DNA of 64,000 bases, taken from Spirochaetia bacterium. GTDB lineage: Bacteria; Spirochaetota; Spirochaetia; WTKD01; G963693115. The notes under the pieces were generated by a model. It was given only the letters and a program-made list of their open reading frames with translations. It was not told where the DNA came from and did not search any database. The stretch covers positions 352,001 to 416,000 of the forward strand of contig CBDDCA010000005.1 of the NCBI GenBank assembly GCA_965226055.1, read 5' to 3'. A program made the position numbers and the translations under genes. Shown one piece after another: positions 11,153 through 23,500 of the stretch (position 1 is the stretch's first letter; the number at the start of each line of letters is the position of its first letter).

Positions 11153-11773
11153 ATGAAAAAAAACATTATTGCACAGATACCCATAGATATTGGCATCATA
11201 TCAAGCTATATACTTCTCAGTACCATTATGTATCCAATATACAATGAACAATTATACTATAGCATGTACATTTTTTATCATATACTTGTGTTCACGGTAT
11301 ATACATTTTTCTATATTTACAGCCCTGCATTTAAGGAACATTTTCTCTACAGCACTACACTCACTAAAAAAACTCTCTGTATATCAATACTAGCCACTAT
11401 ACCGCTTATACTGTTGTCCTTGATTCTCTCCTATTTCTTTCCTGTACAAAATACAGTAACACTTCCTAAGAGTCCTGTTTTGAGCATACTTTTACTTATT
11501 ATAGTAGCAAGCAAAGAAGAGCTTTTTTTTCGAAATTATATAATAAAAATAGGACAACGTCTTGGTATTCCACTGCTTATAAATATAACAAGTAGCTCCT
11601 TACTATTTGCACTAGGGCATTTGTATCAAGGATATATTGTAGGAATATTTTCTTTTTTCGCAGGAGTATTTTTTTGCTATTTATTTCTTCGATATAAGTC
11701 AATATATATATGCATGATATGTCATGGATTATACAATGTCCTATTGTATATACTCTACTATATCAATCAATAA
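11153..11773 (+). CDS. CPBP/Abi (CAAX) intramembrane metalloprotease
   Basis: EELFFR, SSLLFALGHLYQG and HGLYN motifs. Confidence 0.88.
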   Translation: MKKNIIAQIPIDIGIISSYILLSTIMYPIYNEQLYYSMYIFYHILVFTVYTFFYIYSPAFKEHFLYSTTLTKKTLCISILATIPLILLSLILSYFFPVQNTVTLPKSPVLSILLLIIVASKEELFFRNYIIKIGQRLGIPLLINITSSSLLFALGHLYQGYIVGIFSFFAGVFFCYLFLRYKSIYICMICHGLYNVLLYILYYINQ

Positions 11774-11864
11774 AAGAACCTGTTTATACAATAGCACAAT
11801 AACCAAACTATAGTAAAAGTATAGTATAACGAAAAAAGACCTATTCTTTACGATTCCTTTACGA

Positions 11865-12884
11865 TTAGCTCTTAAAGAAACTTTTTATACGAGAAAATAA
11901 ACCTTTCTCTTCTAGTACAGTCTCTGGACTTCTTGTATAATCAATGATCTTTTGAGAACGTTGTGCCACTAAGGCCTGTACATCTTTTGCACTTGTTTCT
12001 GCATACGCTTTCATAATAGTTTCTTTTATGTTATGAGCCATACGAACAGGATCGTTATGTGCTCCCCCTGTAGGCTCAGGAATAATTCCATCTATAAGCT
12101 GAAACCGAAAAATTTCTTCAGAGGTAAGTTTCATATATACAGCAGCCTCTTTTGCTTTGCTTGCATCACGTAAAAGAATAGAAGCAAAGCCTTCGGGTGA
12201 TATTACCGAATAGATTGAATTTTCAAGCATGTAGACTTTATCCCCAACCCCAATACCAAGAGCTCCTCCTGATCCTCCCTCTCCAATAACAATACAAATA
12301 ATAGGAGTACATAGCACAGATAGCTCCATAAGGTTTCGTGCAATAGCCTCTCCTATACCACGTTCCTCAGACTGCATTCCAGGATATGCACCTGGAGTAT
12401 CAATAAAAGTAATGATAGGACGACCAAACTTTTCTGCCTGCTTCGCTAGACGCAATGCTTTTCTGTACCCTTCAGGATGAGCCATACCATAATGGCAAAG
12501 AATATTCTCTTTCATATTCTTGCCTTTTTGATGAGCAAGAAATGTAAAATGCACTCCATCTATTGAACATATACCACAAACGAGCGCCTTATCATCTCCA
12601 TAATAGCGATCTCCATGCAACTCCATATACTGATCGCTTATCATATCAATATATTCAAGAGAAGTAGGCCTATCCTGATGTCTTGCAATCTGCACTTTGT
12701 TCCATACCTTTTCGACAGTATCGTCAAAACTCTCTTGTTGCGTATATGATGGCTTTTCATCTCCCCCTTGCTTATCCGTATTAAAATGATCAGAAGCATA
12801 TTGCAATACTTCCGCAGGATCTTTACCTAGCTTTCTTGCCATCTCTTTTAGTTCATCAAATTTTTTTCTTATAGTATCATCCAT
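11865..12884 (-). CDS. accA: Acetyl-CoA carboxylase carboxyltransferase alpha
   Basis: ELHGDR, PEGYRKALR, DTPGAYPG, GEGGSGGALG. Confidence 0.96.
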   Translation of the reverse strand: MDDTIRKKFDELKEMARKLGKDPAEVLQYASDHFNTDKQGGDEKPSYTQQESFDDTVEKVWNKVQIARHQDRPTSLEYIDMISDQYMELHGDRYYGDDKALVCGICSIDGVHFTFLAHQKGKNMKENILCHYGMAHPEGYRKALRLAKQAEKFGRPIITFIDTPGAYPGMQSEERGIGEAIARNLMELSVLCTPIICIVIGEGGSGGALGIGVGDKVYMLENSIYSVISPEGFASILLRDASKAKEAAVYMKLTSEEIFRFQLIDGIIPEPTGGAHNDPVRMAHNIKETIMKAYAETSAKDVQALVAQRSQKIIDYTRSPETVLEEKGLFSRIKSFFKS

Positions 12885-12892
12885 AGTTACTC

Positions 12893-13741
12893 CTACTTAT
12901 TATGTACAGTCATCAAATAGTGAAGTACTTTTCTTACATTTGCTCTATGCACTATAGCGTCAACATAGCCTTTTTCAAGTTGAAATTCTGATCGTTGAAA
13001 TCCTTCTGGTAATTTCTGCTTGACAGTACCTTCAATAACACGTGGACCAGCAAACCCTATCAATGCTTCTGGTTCTGCTAAAATAACATCACCTAACATA
13101 GCAAAAGAAGCAGTAACTCCCCCTGTTGTCGGATCAGTCAATAAAACAAACAACGGTATATCCTTTTGTTGAAACAACGCTATAGCATGAGAAGTACGTA
13201 ACATTTGCATAAGAGAAAAAAGCCCTTCATACATTCTTGCTCCACCGCTCGCAGTAACAATAAGACAAGGACAATTTTGACGCATAGCAGTAAACACTGC
13301 CTGAATAAGCCGCTCTCCTACCATAGTCCCCATACTCCCCCCAATAAAATCAAAAGTCATAGCGGCTACCACAATCTTATGCTCAAGAATTTCTCCTATA
13401 GCAACTGATATAGCTTCATCTTCTCTGCTTTTTGCAATAGTATCATGTATCTTTTCTTGATACTGGGGAAAATCGATAGGATTTTGAAACACAGAAGGAA
13501 GTGAAATAATATCGTACATCCCATTATCAAATAATAAATTAAATCGTTCTTTTGCCGAAATACGAAAATGATAATTACAATTTTTACAAACAAATAAGTC
13601 TTTTCGTAAATCACTATACTCTATATGTATATGACATTTTGGACATTGATTTTTTTTATTAAAAAATTCTCTATCATCAACAGTAACAGGTACTGTATCT
13701 TTTTTCTGTTTAGTAAGTATTTTTTTTAGCTTTTGAAACAT
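12893..13741 (-). CDS. accD: Acetyl-CoA carboxylase carboxyltransferase beta
   Basis: CPKC..CKNC zinc finger, GGSMG, SGGARM, PTTGGVTASFA. Confidence 0.96.
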   Translation of the reverse strand: MFQKLKKILTKQKKDTVPVTVDDREFFNKKNQCPKCHIHIEYSDLRKDLFVCKNCNYHFRISAKERFNLLFDNGMYDIISLPSVFQNPIDFPQYQEKIHDTIAKSREDEAISVAIGEILEHKIVVAAMTFDFIGGSMGTMVGERLIQAVFTAMRQNCPCLIVTASGGARMYEGLFSLMQMLRTSHAIALFQQKDIPLFVLLTDPTTGGVTASFAMLGDVILAEPEALIGFAGPRVIEGTVKQKLPEGFQRSEFQLEKGYVDAIVHRANVRKVLHYLMTVHNK

Positions 13742-13784
13742 GATATTTTCCTATTATTACATTTTATATACAATATAATACTCT

Positions 13785-15113
13785 CTATTCTCTTTCAAGT
13801 ACCTTACTTTCTTCTAAATAATTTATTGAATATTTTCCTGAACGAAATGCCTTATCATTGAGGATTTTAACAAACCACTCTTTATTACACGAAAACCCTT
13901 TTCCTTCAATACGCAATTCACTCAGGGAACGAAGCATCTTCTGTATTCCTTCATTTCTATTTTGGGCATGTACTAATAATTTAATAAGCAATGAATCGTA
14001 GAATGGAGGAATAGTACTTCCTTGTGCTATCCATGTATCTATACGAACTCCATGTCCTCCCGGTAAATTCAAAAAATCTATAGTTCCTGAAGAAAGAGCG
14101 TTTATTCTACATTCCATCGCATAGCTATCAATAACAATATCTTCCTGTGAAAAACTCAATGGCTTTTGATTGGCTACCATAATTTGCTCTTTTATAAGAT
14201 CCACTCCCCCTACTAACTCTGACACTGGATGTTCTACTTGAATACGTGCATTCACTTCCATAAAATAGAATTCATCCCCTTCTACTAAAAACTCTATAGT
14301 ACCTGCATTTTTATACCCTATTGAACGAAACAAAGATACTGCTGCATCATACATTTTTTCTCGTAATTCCTCACTCATAGCAGACGATGGACTTTCTTCT
14401 ATCAACTTCTGATGATTCTTTTGTACAGAACAGTCACGTTCACCGATATGCACAACATTAGACACACTATCAGCTATAAGCTGAATCTCTACATGTCTTG
14501 GATTTGTAACATACCGTTCAATATATACACGACTATCAGAAAATGATTTTTCTGCCTCTGATGTAGCAATACTAAAATTGGTATCTATCTGAGAGGACTC
14601 TTCTATCACGCGCATCCCTTTTCCACCACCACCACTTGCTGCCTTAAGGATAATAGGAAACCCATGTTTTTGTGTAAACTCATGTACTTTTTCAGCACTA
14701 TCAACTGCCCCTTCTGATCCAGGAATACAAGGAACTCCTGCTTTTTTAGCAGCCTCCTTTGCTGATACCTTATCTCCTACAAGTGCTATAGTATCTGGAT
14801 CAGGGCCTATAAATACCATCCCAGCCTTCTCCACTTGACGTGCAAAATTTGCATTTTCACTTAAAAAGCCAACCCCTGGATGAACCGCATGACAAGAAGC
14901 TCCCGTAGCAGCAGAAATAATATTATTAACATTAAGATAAGAATCAGAAGAAGGAGGCGGTCCTATACATACTTTCCTATCCGCATATTTTACTGGATAT
15001 GAATCTCTATCAGCCTCAGAGTACCCTATAACGCTTTCTATGCCAAGCTCTTTGCATGCCCTAATAATACGAAGAGCAATTTCTCCCCTATTAGGAATAA
15101 ATATAGAATCCAT
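13785..15113 (-). CDS. accC: Biotin carboxylase
   Basis: NRGEIA, FLSENA, GGGGKGMR, EVNARIQVEHPV. Confidence 0.96.
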   Translation of the reverse strand: MDSIFIPNRGEIALRIIRACKELGIESVIGYSEADRDSYPVKYADRKVCIGPPPSSDSYLNVNNIISAATGASCHAVHPGVGFLSENANFARQVEKAGMVFIGPDPDTIALVGDKVSAKEAAKKAGVPCIPGSEGAVDSAEKVHEFTQKHGFPIILKAASGGGGKGMRVIEESSQIDTNFSIATSEAEKSFSDSRVYIERYVTNPRHVEIQLIADSVSNVVHIGERDCSVQKNHQKLIEESPSSAMSEELREKMYDAAVSLFRSIGYKNAGTIEFLVEGDEFYFMEVNARIQVEHPVSELVGGVDLIKEQIMVANQKPLSFSQEDIVIDSYAMECRINALSSGTIDFLNLPGGHGVRIDTWIAQGSTIPPFYDSLLIKLLVHAQNRNEGIQKMLRSLSELRIEGKGFSCNKEWFVKILNDKAFRSGKYSINYLEESKVLERE

Positions 15114-15616
15114 TATAAAGCCCTTACTTCAAACAAAGCCTGTCCATACTCAACAAGATGAGAATTTTCTACCAATATAGACACAATTTCCATATCATAT
15201 TCTGCCTCAAATTCATTCATAACTTTCATAGCTTCAATAATACAAAGAACATCTCCTTTTTTCATTTTATCACCTTCTTGAACAAAAGGCGGAGTATCAG
15301 GACCAGCAGATCGATAAAAAGTGCCTACTATTGGAGCAGACACCTCTTGAGTATCCTTCTTTACTTCGGTAGAAGTTACATTTTGAGGGGCTTCATGTAC
15401 TGCAGAAGCTACGGGAGCAGGAGCTTGTGAAATATGATGAGGAACAGGAGGAGAAGTAACAGGGTAATGAGCATACCCTACATCTTTTGTAGGCATTTCC
15501 TTGTTCAGAGTAACCTTGAAATCTCCCTTTACAGACACTTCTATAGTAGCCGAACTTAGCCCACTTGACTTAAACCACTTTGATATATCCTCTAATGTTT
15601 TTTTATCAACTTTCAT
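15113..15616 (-). CDS. accB: Biotin carboxyl carrier protein
   Basis: APIVGTFYR and EAMKVMN biotinylation motif. Confidence 0.96.
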   Translation of the reverse strand: MKVDKKTLEDISKWFKSSGLSSATIEVSVKGDFKVTLNKEMPTKDVGYAHYPVTSPPVPHHISQAPAPVASAVHEAPQNVTSTEVKKDTQEVSAPIVGTFYRSAGPDTPPFVQEGDKMKKGDVLCIIEAMKVMNEFEAEYDMEIVSILVENSHLVEYGQALFEVRAL

Positions 15617-15681
15617 AATTTACCTCACTATATGTATTATACATTAAAACAATAATATCAAGTGCAAGGAAATTAGGTATT

Positions 15682-15708
15682 TGCGGATTCAAGGACTAAA
15701 TGTCGCCA
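15682..15708 (+). mobile_element. Solo IS30-like terminal inverted repeat, copy 1
   Basis: TGCGGATTCAAGGACTAAATGTCGCCA; recurs at 42722 and 54414. Confidence 0.55.
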
Positions 15709-15744
15709 AAAATTCAACTTCAGAGCAGAAGATAAAAATAATAG

Positions 15745-15776
15745 GGAGCTATTATCTCACATAAGACAATAGCTCC
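15745..15776 (-). terminator. Intrinsic terminator of the giant DUF285/Ig lipoprotein gene
   Basis: Minus strand GGAGCTATTGTCT-6nt-AGATAATAGCTCC (one G-U pair), then CTATTATTTTT. Confidence 0.7.
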
Positions 15777-15802
15777 TCCATATCTAAGAGTATACTTATG
15801 TT

Positions 15803-18800
15803 CTATTTAGAAGATGGTCCTGTATAGGTTCCTCCTGCCCAATCTGGTGTCTTATGTCTTATAGCAGTACCAGCAAATGCATTTATCGCATTAACCTTTT
15901 TTGATCCAAAATGTTCTTTCCATTCATAGATATCTCTATCAAATGCTGTTGCACCATTAAACATGTGAAACATATTAGTAAGACTGCTGACATCCCACCC
16001 TGCTATATCCCTATTAAACGCATGATTGTCCCAAAACATATTTTTCATATTTTTAACCTTACTTACATTCCAGCCTGATATATTCGCACTAAATGGGCGA
16101 GCATAGCGTAACCCATAGGATGAAAACATATGTTCCATATTCGTAACATTACTGACATCCCAGCCTCCTATACGACTATTAAAACCATCTGTGCTTGCAA
16201 ACATATAGCTCATATCTGTCACTTTCCCTACCTTCCAGTCTTTTATATCTCCAGTAAATTTTGATTGTTGAAACATATATGCCATATCGGTAACATTACT
16301 CACATCCCACCTTGATATATCCCCATTAAATTTCGATATATAAAACATAGATCGCATAGTGGTAACATTACTCACATCCCAGTTTGATATATCCTTATTA
16401 AAACTCGATTCATGAAACATACCTTTCATACTTGTCACATTCCCTACCTTCCAGTCTGATATATCTCCATTAAATCTTGAATTACGAAACATATTGTACA
16501 TAAATTTCACATTATCTACCTTCCATTTTGATATATTCCCCTTAAATGATGTATTAATAAACATATTACTCATATCGGTAACATTACTCACATCCCACCC
16601 CGATATATCTCCCCTAAATGATGATGTATGAAACATACTACTCATATCGGTAACATTACTCACATCCCACCCCGATATATCTCCGTTAAATGATGATGCA
16701 TGAAACATACCTCCCATATCGGTAACATTACTCACATTCCAACCTGATATATCCCCATTAAATTTCGATTTATAAAACATACCTCTCATATTTTTCACTT
16801 TATCTACCTTCCACCCCGATATATCTCCGTTAAATGATGATGTACTAAACATACTTTCCATATCTTCTACTTTATCTACCTTCCAACCCGATATATCTCC
16901 ATTAAATGATGTACCCCAAAACATACGATTCATATCGGTAACATTACTCACATCCCATCTTGCTATATTCCCATTAAATTTTCTCAAAAAACGATCATTA
17001 AATACCTTACTCATATCCCTAATATTTCCTGTGTATATGACATTCAAATCTGCTCTATTATTAGTAGATATCATCTGCCTTATTGCTTTTATCAATTCTG
17101 CTTTATTCGTAGGTCGATATTGATATGTCCAGCTTGGTATTTTATCATTAGGTATCTTAGTCCTATCAAATATCCCTGGTATGTTTATTTTCCTTCCTGC
17201 TACATGCTCTCCCCATGCTTCTAAATCTTGATTAAACTCTGTTGCTCCGTTAAACATATATGCCATAGTAGTTACTGTATCAACTGCCCAGCCCGATATA
17301 TCTTGATTAAAGGCAGTTGCCTTGTAAAACATATAATCCGTATCGGTAACTTTCTTTACATTCCACCTTGATATATCTCCATTAAATTGCGCATAAGCAA
17401 ACATAAAGTACATAGTAGTAACATTACCGACATCCCAACCCGATATATCTTTAGTAAATGGCGAATCATAAAACATTGCTTCCATATCAGTAACATTACT
17501 TACATCCCATTTCGATATATCCCCATTAAATTGCGATTTATAAAACATATGTTCCATATTACCAACACTACTTACATCCCAGCCTGATATATCCCCATTA
17601 AATTGCGATTCACGGAACATCCAGTACATCTGTTCTACATCACTTACATCCCAGCCTGATATATCTCCAGTAAACTGCGATTTATAAAACATACCTTGCA
17701 TATATCTCACATTGCTTACATCCCAGCTTGATATATCTCCAGTAAATCGACTCTCCTTAAACAAATTTCGCATATTTCTCACATTACTTACATCCCAGCC
17801 CGATATATCCCCATTAAAACTTTTCAAAGCACTGTCATAAAATACCTCACGCATATCTCTTATGTATCCTGTATATATTCCATTCAAGTCTGCTGTGTTC
17901 CCATCAGGGTTACCATCCCCATCAGCATCTGCTGCCATCACCGTTTTTATATTTGCTATCAAAGCACTCTTTGTTTTTGGGTAGTATGTATATGTACCAC
18001 TGCCGTCATATATGTGTATGGTAAACTCTTTTGTACGCCTTTTTCCTGCATAATCACCAGTCCCTGTAAACACAATTATATATTTTCTCAGTGCAAGTGC
18101 TTTTGTAGGACTTCCGCTTATTGTTCCATTCACTGCACTAAATGTCAAGCCTGTGTCTGCAGTAAAGGTACTTGGCAGTATACTATAGTCCCCTGTCGCA
18201 TTAAATGTACTCACTCCAGTATTAGTCAATGGAATACTAATGTTCTGTTGCCCTTTTACCATAGTAAATAATGAAGCAACATTGCCTCCATATCTCTGTG
18301 ATATGCTATATATCCAGCTCGGTATATTTTCATCAGAAACATTAGCACCGGTAAATATATTTCCCTTATCCACTGTTCTTCCTGCTATATGCTCTCCCCA
18401 TGCTTCTAAATCTTGATCAAACGCTGCTGCTTTGCGAAACATGTCTTTTATGGTAGTTACACTATCAACTGCCCACCCTGCTATATCTCCATTAAATTTC
18501 GATTGATAAAACATGGCATACATGTTTGTAACATTACTTACCTTCCACTTTGATATATCTCCATTAAATGATGATCCCCAAAACATATATTTCATATTAC
18601 CAACACTACTTACATCCCATTCTGATATGTCTCCAGTAAATGGCGTTTCAGTAAACATTGCTTCCATATCAGTAACATTACTTACATCCCATTGTGATAT
18701 ATCTTCATTAAATGGTGCATAGGAAAACATATAGTGCATAAAAGTAACATTACTTACATCCCAGCCCGATATATCCCCATTAAATTTTGATTGATAAAAC

Positions 18801-21800
18801 ATTGTTCGCATGGTTGTAACATTACTTACGTCCCATTGCGATATATCTCCATTAAATTGCGATTGATAAAACATAGATCGCATGGTTGTAACATTACTTA
18901 CGTCCCATTGCGATATATCTCCATTAAATTTTTTCAAATCACCATAACTACTAAATAACTTATACATATCCGTGATATTCCCCGTATAGATGACATTCAA
19001 ATCAGCACTGTTATCATTAGGACTCCCATCATCATTGGTATCCATCACATCCTTTATCGCTGCTATCAACTCCGCTTTATTGGTAGGAGAGTAACTATAC
19101 TTTCCTGCTGCTACTGTCATGATAAATGGTATCTCATAGCTTTTGCTTGCATAGTCTCCTGTTCCACTAAAGAGCAGTGTATAGCTTTTTGTACTTTGTA
19201 CTTTTGTTGGACTCCCACTTATCGCTCCTGTACTTGCATCTAAGCTAAGCCCTATATCTGTTATGCTCGGAGAGATAGTATAACTCCCCACTGCCGTAGT
19301 AGGCAATTTCTTACTTACTGTTATTACCCCATCTGCTTCTATGGCTTTGCCTACAAACCCACTTATAGTACTGCTTTCGGTTCCTCCAACTGTAAGCACA
19401 AAATCGTAGAGCCATGTAGGTATGTTTTTATCAGAGAGTATCACTCCACTATTATCTGCGGTATTGAATATTTTATCAGTATTTACTGTTCTTTCTGCTA
19501 TATGTTCTCCCCATGCTTCTAAATCCTTATCAAAGGCTGTTGCCCCTTGAAACATTGACTCCATAGTAGTCACAACATCAACTGCCCAGCTTGATATATC
19601 TTGATTAAATGCTCCTGTTTCACTGAACATCTGTTTCATAGTAGCTACCTTGCTTACATTCCAATAGGATATGTCCTTATCAAATGCTGTGTTCTTATAG
19701 AACAGTAATTCCATATCTGCAACATTTCGAACATCCCATAGGGTTATATCATTGTTATACGCTGTTTCTCGAAACATCTCGTTCATAGTTGTGACATTCC
19801 TTACATCCCAGCCTGATATATCCCCTGCATATGATGATTTCTTAAACATATCATTCATATCTGTTATGTTCCCTACATCCCAACTTGTTATGTCTCCATT
19901 TTCTCCTGTAAACTTCGATTCTTCAAACATACTGTCCATCGTAGTTACATTACTTACATCCCAGCCCGATATATCCCCATTAAAATTTCTCAAGGCACTC
20001 TCATTAAATATCCCACTCATATCTGTTATATACCCTGTATATATGACATTCAAGTCTGCTGTATTCCCATCAGGGTTACCATCTCCATCAGCATCTGCTG
20101 CCATCACCGTTTTTATATCTGCTATCAAAGCTGCATTTGTTTTAGGGGTATAAGTATAAGCACTCACATCCTGTATCGTGAGAGTGAGAGGGGTACTTTT
20201 TTTCCTGCCAACATACCCTCCATTTCCTGTAAATGTTATGGTATACTCTTTTGTAGCCAATGCTACCGTAGGAGAACCACTTATCTCTCCAGTTGCTGTA
20301 TCAAATGTCAATCCTGTATCTGTAGTAAATGTATTGGGTACTACACTATAAGTTCCTGTTGCTGCTTTTGGTGTTTTGTCAATAGACAGAACAATATTTT
20401 TATCACTCGTAGTGAACACTTTCTTATTTACTGTAACGCCTGTATCTTTGTACACAAGAGTATATACCCATGATGGAATTTTTTCATCAGGTAAATGAGA
20501 AAATATACCTGTTATATCCAGTGATTTTCCTGATTCTGTTATCTCTGGTATATGCTCTCCCCATGCTTCTAAATCTTGATCAAACGATGTTGCACCATTA
20601 AACATTTTATACATAGTAGTGACTTTCTCAACATTCCACCCTGATATATTCTGATTAAAGACTTTTGATTGATAAAACATTGTCCGCATAGTAGTAACAT
20701 TACTTACATCCCAGCCCGATATATCCCCATTAAATGACGAATCCCAAAACATATGTTTCATATTACCAACACTACTTACATCCCATCTTGATATGTCTCC
20801 AGTAAATGGCGTTTCAATAAACATTGCTTCCATATTAGTAACATTACTTACATCCCAGCCCGATATATCCCCATTAAATTGCGCATAGGCAAACATAAAG
20901 TACATAGTAGTAACATTACTTACATCCCATTTTGATATATCCCCATTAAATGGTGCATAGGCAAACATTATTGCCATATTAGTAACATTACTTACATCCC
21001 AGCCCGATATATCCCCATTAAATGACGAACCACGAAACATAGATCCCATATAAGTAACATTACTTACATCCCATTTTGATATATCCTCATTAAATTTCGA
21101 TTTATAAAACATAGATCCCATAGTAGTAACATTACTTACATCCCAGCCCGATATATCCCCATTAAAATTTCTCAAGGCACTCTCATTAAATATCCTACTC
21201 ATATCCGTGATATTCCCCGTATAGATGACATTCAAATCGGCACTGTTATCATCTGGCGTCCCATCACCGTTTATATCCATTACCTTTTTTATTGCTGCTA
21301 TCAATTCTGTTTTGTTATTAGGAAAATACGCATATTTCCCTTGATTTGACTTTACCTCTAATAAAAATGGGATAACAAGACTCTTGCCTTGAAACTTAGC
21401 GTCTCCAGTAAAAGTAATTGTATATGCTTTTTTTGCTACTTCTTGCGTTGCTATTCCTTTTATTATTCCCTTTTGTGCATCAAATGATAATCCTGTATCT
21501 GCACTAAGTGTATTGGGTGCTATACTATATTGTCCTGTCGCATGTGATGGAAATTGCTTTTTAATCCTCACTACTATGTTTTGATATTGCAACACAGTAA
21601 TATCGTTTATTCTTGCTTCTTGATATATCACATCAAACACATATGCCCATGTAGGTATCTTTTCATCAGACACACTAGCACTATCAAATATATCTGTTTT
21701 ATCTACTGTCCTTCCTGCTATATGCTCTCCCCATGCTTCCAAATCTTGATCAAACGCTTTTGTTGAATTAAACATATTCTCCATAGTAGTTACCGCATCA

Positions 21801-23226
21801 ACTGCCCAGCCTGATATATCCTGATTAAAGGCAGTCGCTCCTTCAAACATACCATCCATAGTGGTAACTTTCTTTACATCCCAATTTGATATATTTCCAT
21901 TAAATCGCGATCCACGAAACATCTCTTTCATTTCTCTTACATTACTGACATCCCAACTTGATATGTCCCCAGTAAATTGTGAGTCACGAAACATACTATT
22001 CATTTCTCTCACATTACTTACATCCCAGCCTGATATATTTCCAGTAAACTTTGATCCTCGAAACATCTCATTCATATATTTCACTTTACTGACATCCCAG
22101 CCCGATATATCTCCAGTAAAATGTTTCAACATACTATCATTAAATATACCACTCATATCCGTAATAGCACTGACATCAATGCTATTGAGATCTGCTGTAG
22201 CATTATCAATAATCCCATTCCCATCAGCATCTACTATCACTTTTATGAGTGCTATCAGCTCTGCTTTTGTCTTAGGTTGTGTCGAATAATCCTTCACTGA
22301 TACCGATACAGCTGCTTGCACATTTTTATTTACTGCTTTATCAAATTCTCCTGTCCCATTAAAAGTAACAGTAAACCTGTGAGGACTTCCTTTTGTTATC
22401 GTCTTAAGGTCTCCTGCATTTGCTGTTATTGTCCCTGTCGTACCATCAAAATTCATCCCTGTTGGAAGTACATCTCTCCCTACTAACACTGGGAGTAATG
22501 CAAATGTTCCTGTTGTTGTTACTGGCCACCGAGTGATAGACACATTCACTGCCCGTCCTACTATTGCTACTACTACCTTTGGCTCTAACAGCACCTCTAA
22601 TGTCAACCATCTGGGATCCTCAGTAACTCCCGAATTCTTAAATACATCTTTACTCACTTTACTTACCGCAGGTGCTACTGCCCATTGCTTCAGATCCTGA
22701 GTAAAAGCAGCTGTTCCTTCAAACATGCTGTTAATCTGTTTTACATTACTTACATCCCAGCCTGATATATCCCCATTAAATTTGGTCGCTCCCTTAAACA
22801 TAGTATTCATGTTTGTTACTTTGCTTACATCCCACCTTGATATCCCTCCACGAAACCCTGTCACTCCTTCAAACATACCACTCATATTTGTTACATGGCT
22901 TACATCCCACTCCGACACATTGCCACTAAAGGTAGGAAACTGCACAAACAAATTACTCATATCAGAAACCTTACTTACATCTATATCGTTTAAGTCTGCT
23001 GCCTTGTCTTTACTCAACCGCTCAGAGATAAGCTGTAATAATTGTTCTTTTGAGCTAGGTTGTACCTTTCCTCCTCCCCCTCCTGGAGCAGGAGAAGATC
23101 CTCCACCAGAGCCCCCTCCTGGAGCTTCACAACCCAATAGTAGTAGTACTAGTATCAATAGTAGCATTACCCCCCCCCCCCCCATATATACAGATTGCTA
23201 TGTATAAACAAATTATTTTTTCTCAT
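15803..23226 (-). CDS. ~2470-aa multi-module DUF285 (BspA-like) / Ig-like surface lipoprotein; phase-OFF as assembled (G14)
   Basis: AAGGAG-led ATG at 23226 gives MRKNNLFIHSNLYIWGGGG*. The downstream frame has LLLLGC lipobox, 7 blocks of 24-aa FNGDISGWDVSNV..M..MF repeats, 5 Ig-like spacers (GL.FD...G.I.G) and DxDxDG loops. Confidence 0.88.
23170..23183 (-). repeat. Poly-G tract (G14) in the signal-peptide coding region
   Basis: 14 C on the + strand; G12 or G15 joins the MRKNN leader to VMLLLILVLLLLGC. Confidence 0.9.
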
Positions 23227-23500
23227 ATGTATCTCCTTACTTTTTTTTTCAAAAATATTCAATATTGTATATAATAAACTATATTACATAATATTACAAT
23301 ACTGTTTCTGCGATTACACAGAAATCAATGAGGAATATAAAAAGCAACAGAAAGGAAAAAAAATAATAAAAAAGTTTGAAATTAAGATTAAAGGGATACA
23401 ATGTACATAATTCCCTTTTCCTCTTCCATAGATACAATACAACAAATACAATATTTTGCTATAATACCACATAGGAAAACAAAGAAATTATTATAAACAT

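Noticed and set aside
15900-22900. CRISPR array (regular ~72-bp periodicity with constant and variable parts)
   Set aside because: The repeats are in-frame coding units (24 aa) of one ORF, degenerate at codon positions, and no cas genes are present
23195-23410. 71-aa + strand ORF upstream of mlaE
   Set aside because: Overlaps the lipoprotein leader and promoter, has a TTG start without SD, and is low-complexity AT-rich sequence
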